Positions 51,115 to 63,928 of a stretch of DNA of 64,000 bases are shown in pieces. The stretch is taken from NCBI RefSeq assembly GCF_009834535.1, contig NC_045696.1:89654001-89718000 (forward strand), in the 5' to 3' direction. The stretch comes from Camelus ferus. Lineage: Eukaryota. The notes beneath the pieces were generated by a model, which did no database searches, was not told the origin of the DNA, and worked only from the letters and a program-made list of their open reading frames with translations. The position numbers and the translations under genes were made by a program. How positions within the stretch are numbered: position 1 is the first letter of the stretch; every line of letters begins with the position of its first letter.

Positions 51115-51570
51115 CGGCCTCTGTGATCTGCTCCTGACTACTCTCTCGTGCTGTTTTCTCCTATTCTTCCTCTCCCTCAGTCTGCCTCTGCTGTGCTGGC
51201 CTCCTTGTTCCTAGACCATCCTAGGCACATCCCTACATCAGGGCCTTTGCACTTGCTGTTTCCTCTGCCTGCCTCGCTCTTCCACAAGGTACGTCCACGG
51301 CTCCTTCTTCATCTCCTTCCAGTTTTTACCTGCATGTCAGCTTCTCACTGAGGTCATCCTGGCTTCTGCATTCTCTCTCCCCTTTTCCACCTTCATTTTT
51401 TTTTCACCTTAGCACTTATCCTTAACATAATATACATTTTAGTTACTTATGGAATGTAAGTTCATAAAGGCAGGGGTCTGATTTGTTTTTGTTCACTACA
51501 GTGTCCTTGGAATCTAGAACAAACCTGGTCCGTGGTAGGTGCTCAATAAATATTTATTACATGAATAAAT
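51115..51570 (+). mobile_element. L2a 3' end nested in old L1
   Basis: cagggcctttgcacttgctgtttcctctgcctg...gaatgtaagttcataaaggcagg...gtaggtgctcaataaatattt...tgaataaatg. Confidence 0.88.
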
Positions 51571-51609
51571 GTGCATGAAAATGTTCATTACAGCATTATT
51601 TGTAATCCT

Positions 51610-51730
51610 TCCAACACTTTGTGAAATGAAACGGGATGAATAACATCCCCATTGGTGCCCTGGGAGGAAACTGAGAAACAGAGAGGTTCAGAAGTTTGCC
51701 CAAAGTCACAGCACAAGTGTCCAGCCCAGT
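51610..51730 (-). mobile_element. MIR fragment
   Basis: gaggaaactgagaaacagagaggttcagaagtttgcccaaagtcacagc. Confidence 0.75.
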
Positions 51731-52859
51731 CTCAAGTGTGTTAAGGCTACCCTAACTCCAACTTAAATAAATTCCACGTTCCAGTGTGTTCCTCTAGGAA
51801 GAAAAATATTAGAATGGAAAATCCGTTTATCCCCTTAAATAGTATGTAATCTCTAGAAAATGTATTACTTTGGAGAGAATTTTTCTATTTATTTAGTAAA
51901 TAAGAATTACTTCCAGCAAAATAGAATGCAAAAGCCTCTCAGTCATGCTTGCCCTGATATATCTAAGGGAAGTGGTTACCCTACTGTGAATTCTACTAGC
52001 GAGAATTTTAATAGTAAGATGCTCATTATATGAGGCATGTGAAGAATGTTGGGAGCAGAAGTGCTGTACATTACATGCACTTACTGTAACCACATAATAC
52101 TGTATCATTTCATCAAACAGGACTTTCTATCCCACTTTGTTTAAAGTCTAAAATGAAGGGAAGAAAAAAAATGCATCTTAAGGAGGGTACACTTCAGTTT
52201 TTCCTTATAAACCATAGAGGCCTGTATGCGCCATAAAAACACCTAACAACTATTAGTGTTAACAGAACTTACGAGCCCACGTGACACTGAAGAGGCCCCC
52301 CCAGGGTAAAGACATTTAACCAGTATGGTCCATCTGCATCCGTAACTGTTGTCTCTCCTTGTGGAGAAGAGGAGAAAGGAGGAGAAAAGGACAGACTCAT
52401 AAGGTCTCCACGGCAGGCGACAGGAAAATGGACTGCTAGAGGGGTGGGGGCACACCAATGCCCAAGGCAGCAGTCCTGAGTCAGGTGTTCATATCATATT
52501 ATAAATGTCTTAAGCCCCGTTCTTCAAGGGAGGTAGAGAGTGGGGTGGATGAGTTGAGGAGAAATTCTAAAAACTTAAATAGTGTAAAATTCTTGCTCTC
52601 AAGAGGTTTATGGCTGGTTATGAGTACATCACATGGACAGAAATGAGTTGTTTTTCATTGGCAAGGGTTGATGAGGTGAAGTAAGCTATGCCAGCCCTTA
52701 CACACCCTGAAGAAACTTGCAAAGATGTGAGTGGGTGGTACCTCCCCACGGGCCGAGTATGGGGAGTCAGGGGTGACGTGGCTGTCCACCAGGCTGGGTG
52801 TCCACACTGACTGCCTAATCATAGCTGCTCAGCAGGGAACTCCAGCTTGAGAGAATTTA

Positions 52860-53432
52860 AAAAGCAACATAGCACGTTTGGAAAATTATTTGGAATTATC
52901 TATTAAAACTGAGATGCGTCCTTATATGATCCAGCAATACGATTCCTAGATATACCTAAAAGATATACCTTTCTGTTCTCCAAAAGACATGTGTAAGAGC
53001 ATTCATGGCAGCACTATTCATAACAGCCCCAAAGGAAATAAAACAAATGTCCATCAACTTTCAAATGGATAGGAAAACTGTTCAATAAAATACTACAGCG
53101 CCACGAAAATGAACAAAGTATTGCCATATGGAACAACATGAATTAATCTTAAAATTACAATGTTGGATGAAAGATGCCAGACATAGAAGAGCATACACTG
53201 TACAGGCGAAAATAATCTCTGTGTTAAAATTCGAGAGGGTGGTTCCTCTGGGTGGAGGTGGCAGAGAGGTCACTGGAATGGGGCATGATGAAAAGCTTCT
53301 GGGTTGCTGATGGTGCTCTGTTTCTTGATCTGAGTTTCACTTTGTGAAGTTTCATTTAGCTGTACCCTTAGGACTTACTATGCACTTGTTCGTTTGAGCA
53401 TTATACCTTACTGAAATCTTTACATCAAAAAA
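52860..53432 (+). mobile_element. old L1 (L1MC/ME-like) 3' end
   Basis: tatgatccagcaatacgattcctaga...ccaaaagacatg...cagcactattcataacagcccc...ctctgtttcttgatctg. Confidence 0.82.
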
Positions 53433-53759
53433 GCAAGTATGTGCGAGTGCAGAGTACAGAAGTTTGGCAAAGTGAATTTTGGGCCTGATAAGGGAAGATT
53501 GGTTGAAGAAGGTGAATTGTGAGATTCAGCGGTGAAATATGGGAGGCTTAAAGGAGATAGGAGTAAGTGTTACATACTAAGTAGGGGGGAAGATGGGAAT
53601 GGCAGAGAACAGAAAGTGCTTTGTTGAGATAGAAATCTAACAGTGATACGTAAAAAGAAGTGTATATGATGAGTTACAATGAGGAAGAAATTTGGATTTT
53701 GGTATGTAATAGGGAGTCACTGCTTTTCCTTTCAAAATTTTTAATTTAAAAGAAGTATA

Positions 53760-53868
53760 CAGGTAGCATGTGCTACCCATATATATTTGTAAATATAAGT
53801 ATACTAAGTATTTATATATAAATAAAGGTATAATTACATATAATTATATAGGTAGCATATGCCACCTG
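53760..53868. repeat. 109-bp nested inverted repeat (24-bp arms, AT-rich spacer)
   Basis: Left arm caggtagcatgtgctacccatata vs reverse complement of right arm caggtggcatatgctacctatata: 21/24 match. Confidence 0.85.
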
Positions 53869-56800
53869 CTTGTGGAAATTTTAAAACAATAGAGATGTAT
53901 AAAGAAAAAAATGAACTTATAACTCCATTCTCCTGATATAACATTGTAGCAGCCTTCAGGTTTCTATAGTGAGAATTGTGGAGATGTAATTTGAGGATTA
54001 AATATTAATCACATGGGAGTTTAATATTAAAGGAACTGAAGCAATAAACTCAAATGGGACTGAAGACCTTTGCTTTGCAGGCTCCCGGACTCCCAACTTG
54101 CTGCCAGGGAGCTGGCATTATCTTAAGAACGGCACCTGTGTGATAACAGCCCCTTTCTTCTTTTCCCTCCGAACTGAGTTATAATCTTACTATTAAAACA
54201 AACATGTGTAAAGCTCTCTAACCCAGTTACAAACCATACCCCTCCCAAATAAAGGCATCATGGAAAAGGTGAAAAATGTTTATCTTTTCCTATACATTTT
54301 ATCATATCTAGAATTTAGCATTTTAAAGGTGTGGCATGCGGACGGAAGGATTTGGGCTATGGTCTAGCTACAACAGCAAAGGATGGGTTGAGGTCCCAGA
54401 GAGATCTCCTATCTGTATCTCCTATCCCATTTAATGCTGTAAAAAGTGCAGCATTTGTATACCGAGTTCATTAATTTTGTCTCTCTTTTATATAATTTCC
54501 ATCTCTTCTCCTTTGTGGTTGCGTTTGGTAGGAGAGAAGCTGGAAGCAAACTTATGAAGTTACTGCAAGCTGGGAGCTTATGAAATCTTCCTGGAGGACT
54601 TCCCTGGACATGGACTACGGTAACACGTACCTCTCATGGCTTGGGGTGCAACTTGACGTAGCCAACAAAATCTCCTAATGGCTGCACATTCAAGGTCTCT
54701 GTGTCTTGATCTATTTTTCCATAGGACTCAGGTAGCATAGCTACAAAGGATCCTGGTAGCTGAGACAGATTTACTCTCTCCTCAGTCGTTTCTGTACACA
54801 ACTACGGACAATCGCTGAGTTCCTCCCTTTCCGAAGAAGAGTGGCGCTAAAGCTCTCGAGGCCGGCTCCCTGGGAAGCACTCTTGCCTACGCTGGAGACG
54901 GGATAACCCCTGTGACAGAATTTCCCCTCACCCTACACTTTCCTCAGCAGTGAACATTTTATAAACTCCTTTCTCAGCAAGGATGCTGAGTGCTTGTTAG
55001 TACTTAGAAAATTCTCCAATGAAAGTGGAATATGGCATAAGTTGATGAAAACGGAGAGGAAATATATAATCCAAGGGCATGGAGGTTGTCTGTCAGCAAA
55101 CTAGAAATGGGAGCAAAGGATTGAGGGAATTTAGAGTTGATTCCAAGGTCATAAATTAGGAAAGGCAAAGCCTGCTTAAGGAGCATTCAGAGACCACAGG
55201 TAACATTTTGAAGCTCGTCTCAGGAAATGCAGGGAAAGCACTTGTGTACCCTTGTATGCATAGTTCAAGGGTATCTGATGCTCATGTGGTTTGTTAGAAG
55301 AGAATGCCTTGTGCTTTTCACAAATATAAAGCTCAGGTTTACTCTGAGGAAACAATTATTGGGAAAGGTAAAACCACTGTGGGAGAGGGGAAAGGACCTC
55401 CTATTCTCATATCAACTCATATTAAGAATAATGGCAGAATTCTATTGTTCCAGAGGGACTAATTTGTCCCTTTGTTTCACTGAACATTGGCTGGGATCCC
55501 CTGGGCGGTTCAGAAAAGTGTGTCTCAGATCACCATCTACTTATCCATTAAAATGGATGTGTCCTTCACTTAATGCAAACTCATACCTAAAGTCTTAAAT
55601 TTACAAATAAAATATGGGTTATTTGCATCATGAAAGAATTCTTTATACAAAGGTAAACTACAGGATTTCTTTAAATAGCAAATTACCCTGGGGTGTTTTA
55701 CAATATGATTTCATGTGCAGTAATTTGATCTACATACACTTTTTGTAGGAGCAGACACTCAGGGTCAAGAATGGAATGCCTGTATATTCATGATGGCCGT
55801 TGGCATGGCTAAATGTCCCAGCATACAATGTACTGGTGTCTGATGAATTATTGTAGGAGCCACTTCCTGACCACTGCAGGGTGTTTAAAAAAGATTCCAG
55901 CCTCATAGGAAGCTTTGTATTCTAACTGCTGATCCAGAAGAGGAAAACCCAGCGGGGAAGGAGCCAGGCAAATTTTGCATTAGGCTTATAAAAAGAGGTA
56001 TTCTCCTGGTGAGCTTCTGATCTGACTTAGTGTAGCTGTTCTGAGGCACTCCCTCACTGTAATGCCTGCAGACATTTTTGACTTAAAGTGAGACTCATGA
56101 AAATAATGGCTAGGATTGCTGTTAGACTCAAATGGGACAATGCATGAGACTGCATTTACAAAGAATGATGCCGTAACAAATGTCAGCAATGTTATTATGA
56201 TTCCACTCTTCCAGCATTAATCACAACAACAACAACAATGACAACAAAAACCTTGATTCTGGGGTGTAAAGTGAATAAACACTGGGTTTGCTTCTGCTTC
56301 CAAAAGAGGGCACTGAAATTAAGTTTCCAACAGAAAAATATTTTCCAAAATATAAAACTCCAACTTAAAAAAAGGGAAATAAAAATGGGAAACATATAGG
56401 TTCATTAACCAAAAAACTGATGGGATGTTATACAATTTGCACATCAGGGCAGACCTGCCCCGGGATGAACATGACTGGAGTCCGACGTCCATCTGCCGTG
56501 GAACACTCCACGAGCAATGAGCCCAGGGAACAGTAGTGTAAGTGCTTCAGGGCTCTCAGTATTTTGAGCACAGCTTATCAGCAGGAAAAAATCATTAAGC
56601 AGCAGGAAAGAGAAACAAAGAGCACAGTAAGTCCAGGGGGCGACTGGAGAGCAATGGGGAGAATGGGAGGGGTGGGAATTTACATGAAGAAGCAGCAAGT
56701 TCAGTGTTGGGAGTAAAACTTGCAATGATGTGAGGAAAAGGGAACGGGGGTGGGAGAGTGTGTGGAAGGACCTGCTAAAGAGACACTAGAAAGAAAAGGG

Positions 56801-57589
56801 ATTCAATAGGATAAAGAGGAAAAATGCTGTTAGCTATCAGAAAACAAAACCAATTAACCCCAGAGAAAAAGCCATGCAGTGGGTGTAAAGACGGGTCAGA
56901 AACTTTCCATTTAATTTGTAAAACAATGGGCCAGAAGGCTACTACTTCCTCTAGGCAGTTGCCATTTTTGGAGTAGAATTCACTCTCATAAGCCATTAGG
57001 GAACCTTTACTGAGCACAGTGGAACAGCAACTTCCTGCCCAGCCTGGAAGAAAAACGCACCTTTCGTGGTGGTTCTTAACTTCCACCCAGGAGTGGTTAT
57101 CCAGTTGGCAAGATGCTGTTCTTGTATTTACACTTTTTCTAGGGCACCATAATACTGAGTATGAGTGACTAGACCAAGAAGAGCTCACTGGTAGTATCAA
57201 AATCTGTCTCTCTTGTTCTGTATTCTGAGACCAGTAATCACACAGGGACCATATTCAAAAACTGAAGACCTTCTTCCTTGACCCTTCATTATGAGGCAAA
57301 TGAAATCGCTGATTTATCAAGCAAGGACAATGTGTACTGTACTTCTTATCCAGGCTATTAGCTATGAATGGGCAGGAGGTGAAGACGACTTATGCAATAG
57401 AATCATTCTCCTTTGACTCATTTATCTACAATAATCAGTCATTTAGAAATGTTAATTTTTTCTTCTGTTGAGGTCAAATGTTCCTAAAGTTTGACTGCAA
57501 AGTTTCATCACTAAAACCAAAATTTGCATGATTCTTTGGAAAGTGTGAAAAAGACTCTTATCTAAGGAAAAAATCAGAAGAGTTGATGA

Positions 57590-58330
57590 CTCTGAGGAAG
57601 ATCGGTGGGTAGGGATTGACTGGCATGATGGAATTCTCTGGGACGATGGTCCTGCTGGATGGAATTTAATATAATCTAGAGTATTGTATCTTAATAGGGA
57701 TTAGGATCCCACAGATATAAACACTTGATAAGCTCAGTAGACTAAAATACTCAGTAGATATATATCCAAGATTTGTACATTTTATCATATGCAAATTTTA
57801 CATTAAAATCTGTAAACAAATATTCAATTTCAGCCAATGATATACGTGCTGAAGTATTTAGGTTTTTTTTTTAATTGAAGTACTATCAATTACAATGTGT
57901 CTATCTCTGGTGTACAGCACAAAATCCCAGTCATGCGTATATAATACATATATTTGTTTTCATATTTTTCACATTAAAGGTTATTACAAGATATTGAACA
58001 TAGTTCCCTGTGCTACACAAAAGAAACTTTTTAAAAATCTATTTTTATATATAGTGGCTAACATTTGTAAATCTCAGACTCCCAAATTTATCCCCTCTAG
58101 AGGGGGAAATGTTTTGATGTCTGCATCTTGAAATGCATAAAGCAGTGCGTTTACGGATGGCTAGAAGGATGCATAGATGGTGGAGTAGGTGACAGAGCAA
58201 GCACAGTAAAATATTAATGGTATAATCCAAGTGGTGAGCAAATGAGCATTCACTGTGAAATTTGTTTCTGTTTTTTGTATGTTTGAAAATTTTCATAATA
58301 TTAATGTTGGGATAAAAAAAGAAAAAAAAA
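57590..58330 (+). mobile_element. L1MC4-like 3' end
   Basis: gggattgactggca...gtgctgaagtatttagg...tgatgtctgca...ttgtatgtttgaaaattttcataat + A tail. Confidence 0.8.
57863..58097 (-). mobile_element. young L1 3' end nested in L1MC4
   Basis: polyT-aattgaagtac...tctggtgtacagca...gatattgaacatagttccctgtgcta...actcccaaatttatccc; no clear TSD. Confidence 0.88.
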
Positions 58331-60316
58331 TCCTCCTCTCTTTGTAAATGACTCTGTACTGAAGACTCTACTGTGAAAGAATCCTACACCGAGACCTGGG
58401 CCTTGAATGCAAATTAGAGACCAAAGCAGTAGTTCTCCATCTGAGCAAAGTTGTGTCTCCATCTCTTGGGAAGTTACTTTCAGGTCTGAGAGAGAAATTC
58501 CTTTCTAAAAAATGTACCAGGCATTTGCTATCCCAGTCCATCTTGCCCACATCCCATTCTTTTGTCCTTTGGGGACATTCTTTTGTCCATTACTTTTGGA
58601 AATGGTGTTGAGCTGTAAGGGCAGCATGAGAAGTATTGTTTCTATATTTATGAAAAGTCTGTGAGTGCTAAGTTATAGACGACACTGAGCTGTAAAGAAC
58701 GAGAATGGGGCAGTTTCTGCTCTTCATGGGGTTGTAATGGAGGAGGGGAGGTTGGATTAGAAAATAAGACTGAACGACCTAATAACCAAACTGCTAATAC
58801 AAAACGTTTTCTCCTATAGGCTGTGTTAGCACTGTTGCATTTGTGGAGTCAGGGAGCTTGGAAAGTGAGCTCTGAGGGGCTACTGATGTGAGGAAAGGCA
58901 CCCACCTCCCGATGTTCAGCTCTTGGGCTCTCCTCTTTCCCATGTCCTCAGCTTGTGACTTCCTTCCTTAGCAAACTCAAGGATTTACTATCCTTTACTC
59001 TCCTCCAACTTGAAGGATTTACTGTCTTTCTTTCCTTTTTTATCCTAAAATTCTTCTCCACCCAAGCATACCTCCACCAAGGATACGACAGTGGATGCAC
59101 TTTCCCCAAATTCTCTTTCCTATTGTCCAAGAGACAAAAAGAAGCAGGATTTCCTTTTAAGGGGTTTGCTTTTATTTCTTATCAAAAGAGCAGATTAATA
59201 AGTAATAGACATGGAGAAATGGCAGAAGTTTAAGATGTCACACAACTACTCAAGGTCGAAGCGTCTGATGTCCATTTTCTGTTTTTCCTTCTAGCTGGGA
59301 TTGAGGAACAATGGAGAATTGCCCTCAAGTTTTATTTCTGAAAAAGACTTCCTGAAACCTCCCTATGGCTTTTGATGCTTGTCTTCTTCTAAGCCCTGAT
59401 ACCTGGTTGTACAAGCTCTTTCTCACACAAACATCCCAGATGAAGGTGCAGGGGGCACCTACAAGGTGTATCCCATTTCTCAAAAGGCTTGTTACATCTT
59501 GGGGACCCCCTGGCCAGAGACTCTTTTCTCACCAGCCTTCATGTCTTACCCAGGAACAGCCGCCTTAAACTTTTACTCAGTTGGAAAACTTACTTGCACA
59601 AAAGATGTGGATTGGATTTGCCTTATTTTTACTAGACGGATTTTAATCTGGTTTTGGGAAAGTCTAGCTTATATCAATTCTGTAGGGGGAAAACTATCTA
59701 CTGTAATTTCTGTTTAAGTCTTGGAAGCACATTAATGCAGTTCAGAACAAGGAGATATTTTTAGGGCTCCGATCTCCAGCTTCCAGTTGAACTGCATATG
59801 AATTTAGATTCTTAAATGCCTACTATCCCAGCGTTATAAGCAAAGAATTTCACTGTTTTTCAAGTGAACCAGTGATCATTCTGTTCCTAGTCCGTCTACA
59901 GATTAAACAAGGCCAACAGATAAAATCATTCCTTAGAGGAATGAGAGGAGACATAGGATGAGTCAGTGTCATGGACTCTCTAACTCATTTATAAAAGTGT
60001 TATTTTCTTTAAAAATTATGAAATGTGCATTAAACATGATTGAATGTTTAGAGTCTTATAAGAACGATTATATAAGTAAGAGTTAAGACCATTTTTAAAG
60101 GAAGTTCTTTGCCATAACATATGTCCTACATCTTGGTTTGGGAAATACAGTCACCACAGGGATAGAAACATGTGGTCCAGATTACAACATGTTCTTGGTT
60201 TTCTAATTTGAATTACAATAATTATGCTTATTTACTATCATAAGATGGTTATGAATTTCAGGTCAATGCATGCCCTTTAATAGAGAATGAAAGTCTAATT
60301 TAAAACATGAGACTTG

Positions 60317-60563
60317 GGGGAAGTGGGTAGGAAGGGATAAACTGGGAGTTCGAGATTTGCAGACACTAACTACTACATATAAAATAGGTAAACAACAAGT
60401 TTCTACTCTACAGCACAGGGAAATATATTCAAAATCTTGTAGTAGCCTATAATGGAAAAGAATATGAAAAGGAATATATGTATGTATATGTATGACTGAA
60501 ACATTATACTGTACACCAGAAATGGACATATTGTAAACTGACTATATTTCAATTAAAAAAAAT
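60317..60563 (+). mobile_element. young L1 3' end
   Basis: gggataaactgggagttcgagatttgcagac...gtaaactgactatatttcaattaaaa; TSD aaa(c/t)atgagacttg at 60303-60316 and 60564-60577 at a TT/AAAA site. Confidence 0.92.
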
Positions 60564-61389
60564 AAATATGAGACTTGACTCTCACTCTCAGTATATGCAT
60601 AGACACACACACACACAGAGGATCTGCTCTTCAAGAAAGAGCAGTTAGATTGGTTATAAATTACCCGGTATAATTTGTGCCAAATGACATTTAGTTTTGC
60701 AGACTGCCCAGTTCCCACATACTGTGACCATTAGAAAATCACTCAGTAGTTTTAAGAAGTAGATGCTTTCAGCTCTGAACCCTGTATGACAAAAGCCAAA
60801 AGTAAAAATAAAATGTGTCAAGTGCCAAACAGCAGCAAGCCTAATGACCACAAAGACCATTTGGAAACGGCAAACAAAATTAACTCTCAGTGGGAGTTTC
60901 AGGCTCTCTAAGCACATGTCCTCAGCTTCATTAACCTCCTACTACAACCGGGGCCAGAGTCACTATCAACACTGGATTTTCCTTGTATCTTTTGGTAGCC
61001 AGAGAGAGGACTTACCCATGGCCTGCAGGACCTAGGTGGATGAATGGTGACAGAGAACTGTTCTGAATCCATCTGAGCTTTTTGACTTAAAGGAAAGCAG
61101 AGGTCAGGAAGACCAGTTATGCAGAGAAGATTAAGTGGATATATTTTCAATTAATATTTGTATGTGTATGTGTGTACGTGAGTAGTGCTGGTTAAATGTC
61201 TGTTTTACTTGTATTCTTCTTTCCCTTGAAACGTTTATGAATCCATAACAATTTGGGTCCCTTCCTTTTCCTCTCCCTCTCCCTCTCCCAGGATTGCAAA
61301 TTCGTTTGACAGAGGGAAGAGGGCTTAGTATTTGTAACAGCAACTTCGGAAATAAAAGGAGATGCCCTAGTATCAAAGGTGTTGAACCA

Positions 61390-61795
61390 AAAAAGCACGC
61401 AGGGAAAGGTAAGGTGGCCTAGAGCTGAGCAGCTTCAGGGTGCTGAAACCACTCCTAGTGCGGGAGAGACAAAGGAAAGCGATGGGGCATCAAAGCTTGG
61501 AACCAAGGCCACCCAAGAAGCTAGAGCCACAGTGGATCTGCCTAGAGGAAGCCGGAGCCATGCGCAGAAGCAGCTGCTGCTGGAGGAACCATTAAGGGAG
61601 GTGAGTGGAGGACGCATACCCTGGCTTCTCATTTTCTTTTGCATCTTACCTCCTTGCAGTATCTCCATTGGCTAAACCTAGCTGGAAGCCAGTTAGCAAA
61701 GGAGCCTCGTTAAAGTGATTTCCTAGGGTCAGTACCCCTAAAACACAAGGCAAAGCCAGGGAAGGTGGGAAATGTATTTAAGGACAAAAAGACAA
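61390..61795 (-). mobile_element. ERVL LTR remnant (LTR33/LTR41-like)
   Basis: tctccattggctaaacctagctggaagccagttagcaaaggagcc...ggtcag...gggaaggtgggaaatgtat. Confidence 0.6.
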
Positions 61796-63928
61796 AGAAG
61801 GACCTGAAAGCTCCTCTCCTTTTCTCTTTCCACTGCCCTCATTCCAAGTCCCCAGTTTTGTAAAAGTTCTTCCATGCATAGATACGTTAGGGGAGACAGG
61901 CACACACGAAATGCCATGGCTTGCTCTCTTCTGTGGTTTTATGACATCAAAATAGCACAATTAGGATACAGTAGATGCTATGAATTCTAAGGAAGTAAGG
62001 GGCTTTAAAAACATAATGACTTTTACATAAGGTTGAGAGCAAGTGGAGAGTTCAAATAAAGCAACAAAACAGTTAAACATTCCATTCATCAAAATAAAAT
62101 GAATTTCTACTTATCAAAATTTCTATTTTCTTTTCCTAGGAAGAGTAACTTAATAATGACCATACATTCAAAATATCAATAAAGGTCATACATTGAATAT
62201 CTAGACCATCATTGGTTCTTGCCAAGAAGAAACTCAAGAGTTATCTCATTACTGAACCTGGGTTCAACCTTTGTATGGAAGACTGAAATCAGAAAGGTAA
62301 TCCTTTCATCTCATCCCTCATAAAATAAAAAGAGTGAATTTCCTTTTCCATGTCTTTTTTTTTCTTTCTCCATTTGGCTGAGTACTTTTTCATAAATATC
62401 AGTTTTAAATATCAGTTCTCCTCACATTAACCTAGTTGTGCTTTCAAAATTTGGCTAAAGCATATATCCTTGTTCTATGAATCTAAAAAATATCTGTAAT
62501 TAGAAATGTTGGTTCACGAGAAAGGAAAATTATTTTCCTTGTCCACACATAATGGGCATTGTCAGCCACGCACTGCCTTTCAGTTTTCTAATTTGTAACG
62601 TGATATGATGACACTTTTTGACAGTAACTAAAATGATCTATGGCTGTAAAGATATAGTCTCATGGTTATAAGAAAGATTTATGATTCTGGTTATGAAGGA
62701 TATTTTACTCCTCAGCAACATTACAGGCATGGCTGAAAGCCCAACAAAATCGAAATAAATGTACAGAATGAGCAAGCTTGTCAGGTAATAAAGGAAGTTC
62801 TTCAAATCAATGGTAAGGTTACCAAAGAGGCTGGGGCTTGATTACAGGTATCATTTCAATGCCATCTTATAATTTTATCTTAAATATCTCTAGACTGCAT
62901 CTGCTTGTATTTAGGAAAGTAATTTTCCTCTAAAAAATAACTGAAAGACAAGTAGGATGGATTAAGTGCTTTCAAAAATACTTATCACATAATCCTATGC
63001 CTTGCCATTTGTTTTCAGGGACATGTTGACTGTATGTAAAGAATGTTTTCACAAATTGTCTCTATTCAGCCCTAGCCATTCTGCAGAATGGTCTTTTAAA
63101 ACTGAATGGACTGCAATTAAACATGGAAGTAATGTCACATTTACATTCAGGCTTGGAAACGAAAACTACTCCCTTTTGTTGATTCCTTCATTACCAGGGA
63201 GTGATGATTAAGAAACTCAAGGTCGGAGGAGTTATTCCACGGTCATTGTCCAAAAATGAAGGATTCTAATTAAAATGCAGTGTGGCAGCCTAAAGGAATA
63301 TCTGTTCACGTGAAATTACTATACCAGAAGCAAGTACAATTAGGTAATTTCACATTTCTCCTTTTGTAAGTACCACAAAATGTCTAGCCAACAGCTAATT
63401 TTGTAAATAATTTAATGCCATATTATAGCAATATCAACTGGGGATAACTTGCCTCTAATCTGAATTTTGGCATCCCTAATGTGGTTTCATGTACCAACAT
63501 AATGCAAATTAATTTGACCTCATGATTACTTTTTTAGCCAATTTTATTCAAATTTGTTAACTTTTTTTAATGGAAAAGAAAAAACTACAAACATCATTCT
63601 AACAGCAGTATAATGATAAAATCTCAATGATGATAAAATTTAACAGATGCTATATTTGAAAAAATATGAGCTTTAAACACTTCTATTGAGCAATCTATAT
63701 AGACTTTAAAATGAAAGTGTTCTATGGCTCATTGTTATTTTAAAAATTAATAATGGAAGAACAAGTTTTATAAATATTGATTCTATTGGAACAAATCTCT
63801 TTTTACTTCATAATAATAGTCCTCTAATCTTGATTTTTTTGATTTTTTTTCCAGTAAACTAAAGCTAGTGATATTATAAGGCAGGAAAAGAACCCCTTTA
63901 TTTTTTTTCTTTATATTTGTCATTTATG

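Larger units (their letters stand above)
49190..51607 (+). mobile_element. ancient L1 (L1ME-like) ORF2 remnant: RT to C-terminal region
   Basis: tctcaataaaagcagaagaggcatttgataaaattcagtatccattcatgataaaa translates SIKAEEAFDKIQYPFMIK (L1 RT motif). Continues with many stops; interrupted by a young L1 and an L2. Confidence 0.88.

Noticed and set aside
56775..57200. 141-aa minus-strand ORF
   Set aside because: Non-ATG start, no recognisable homology or exon structure.
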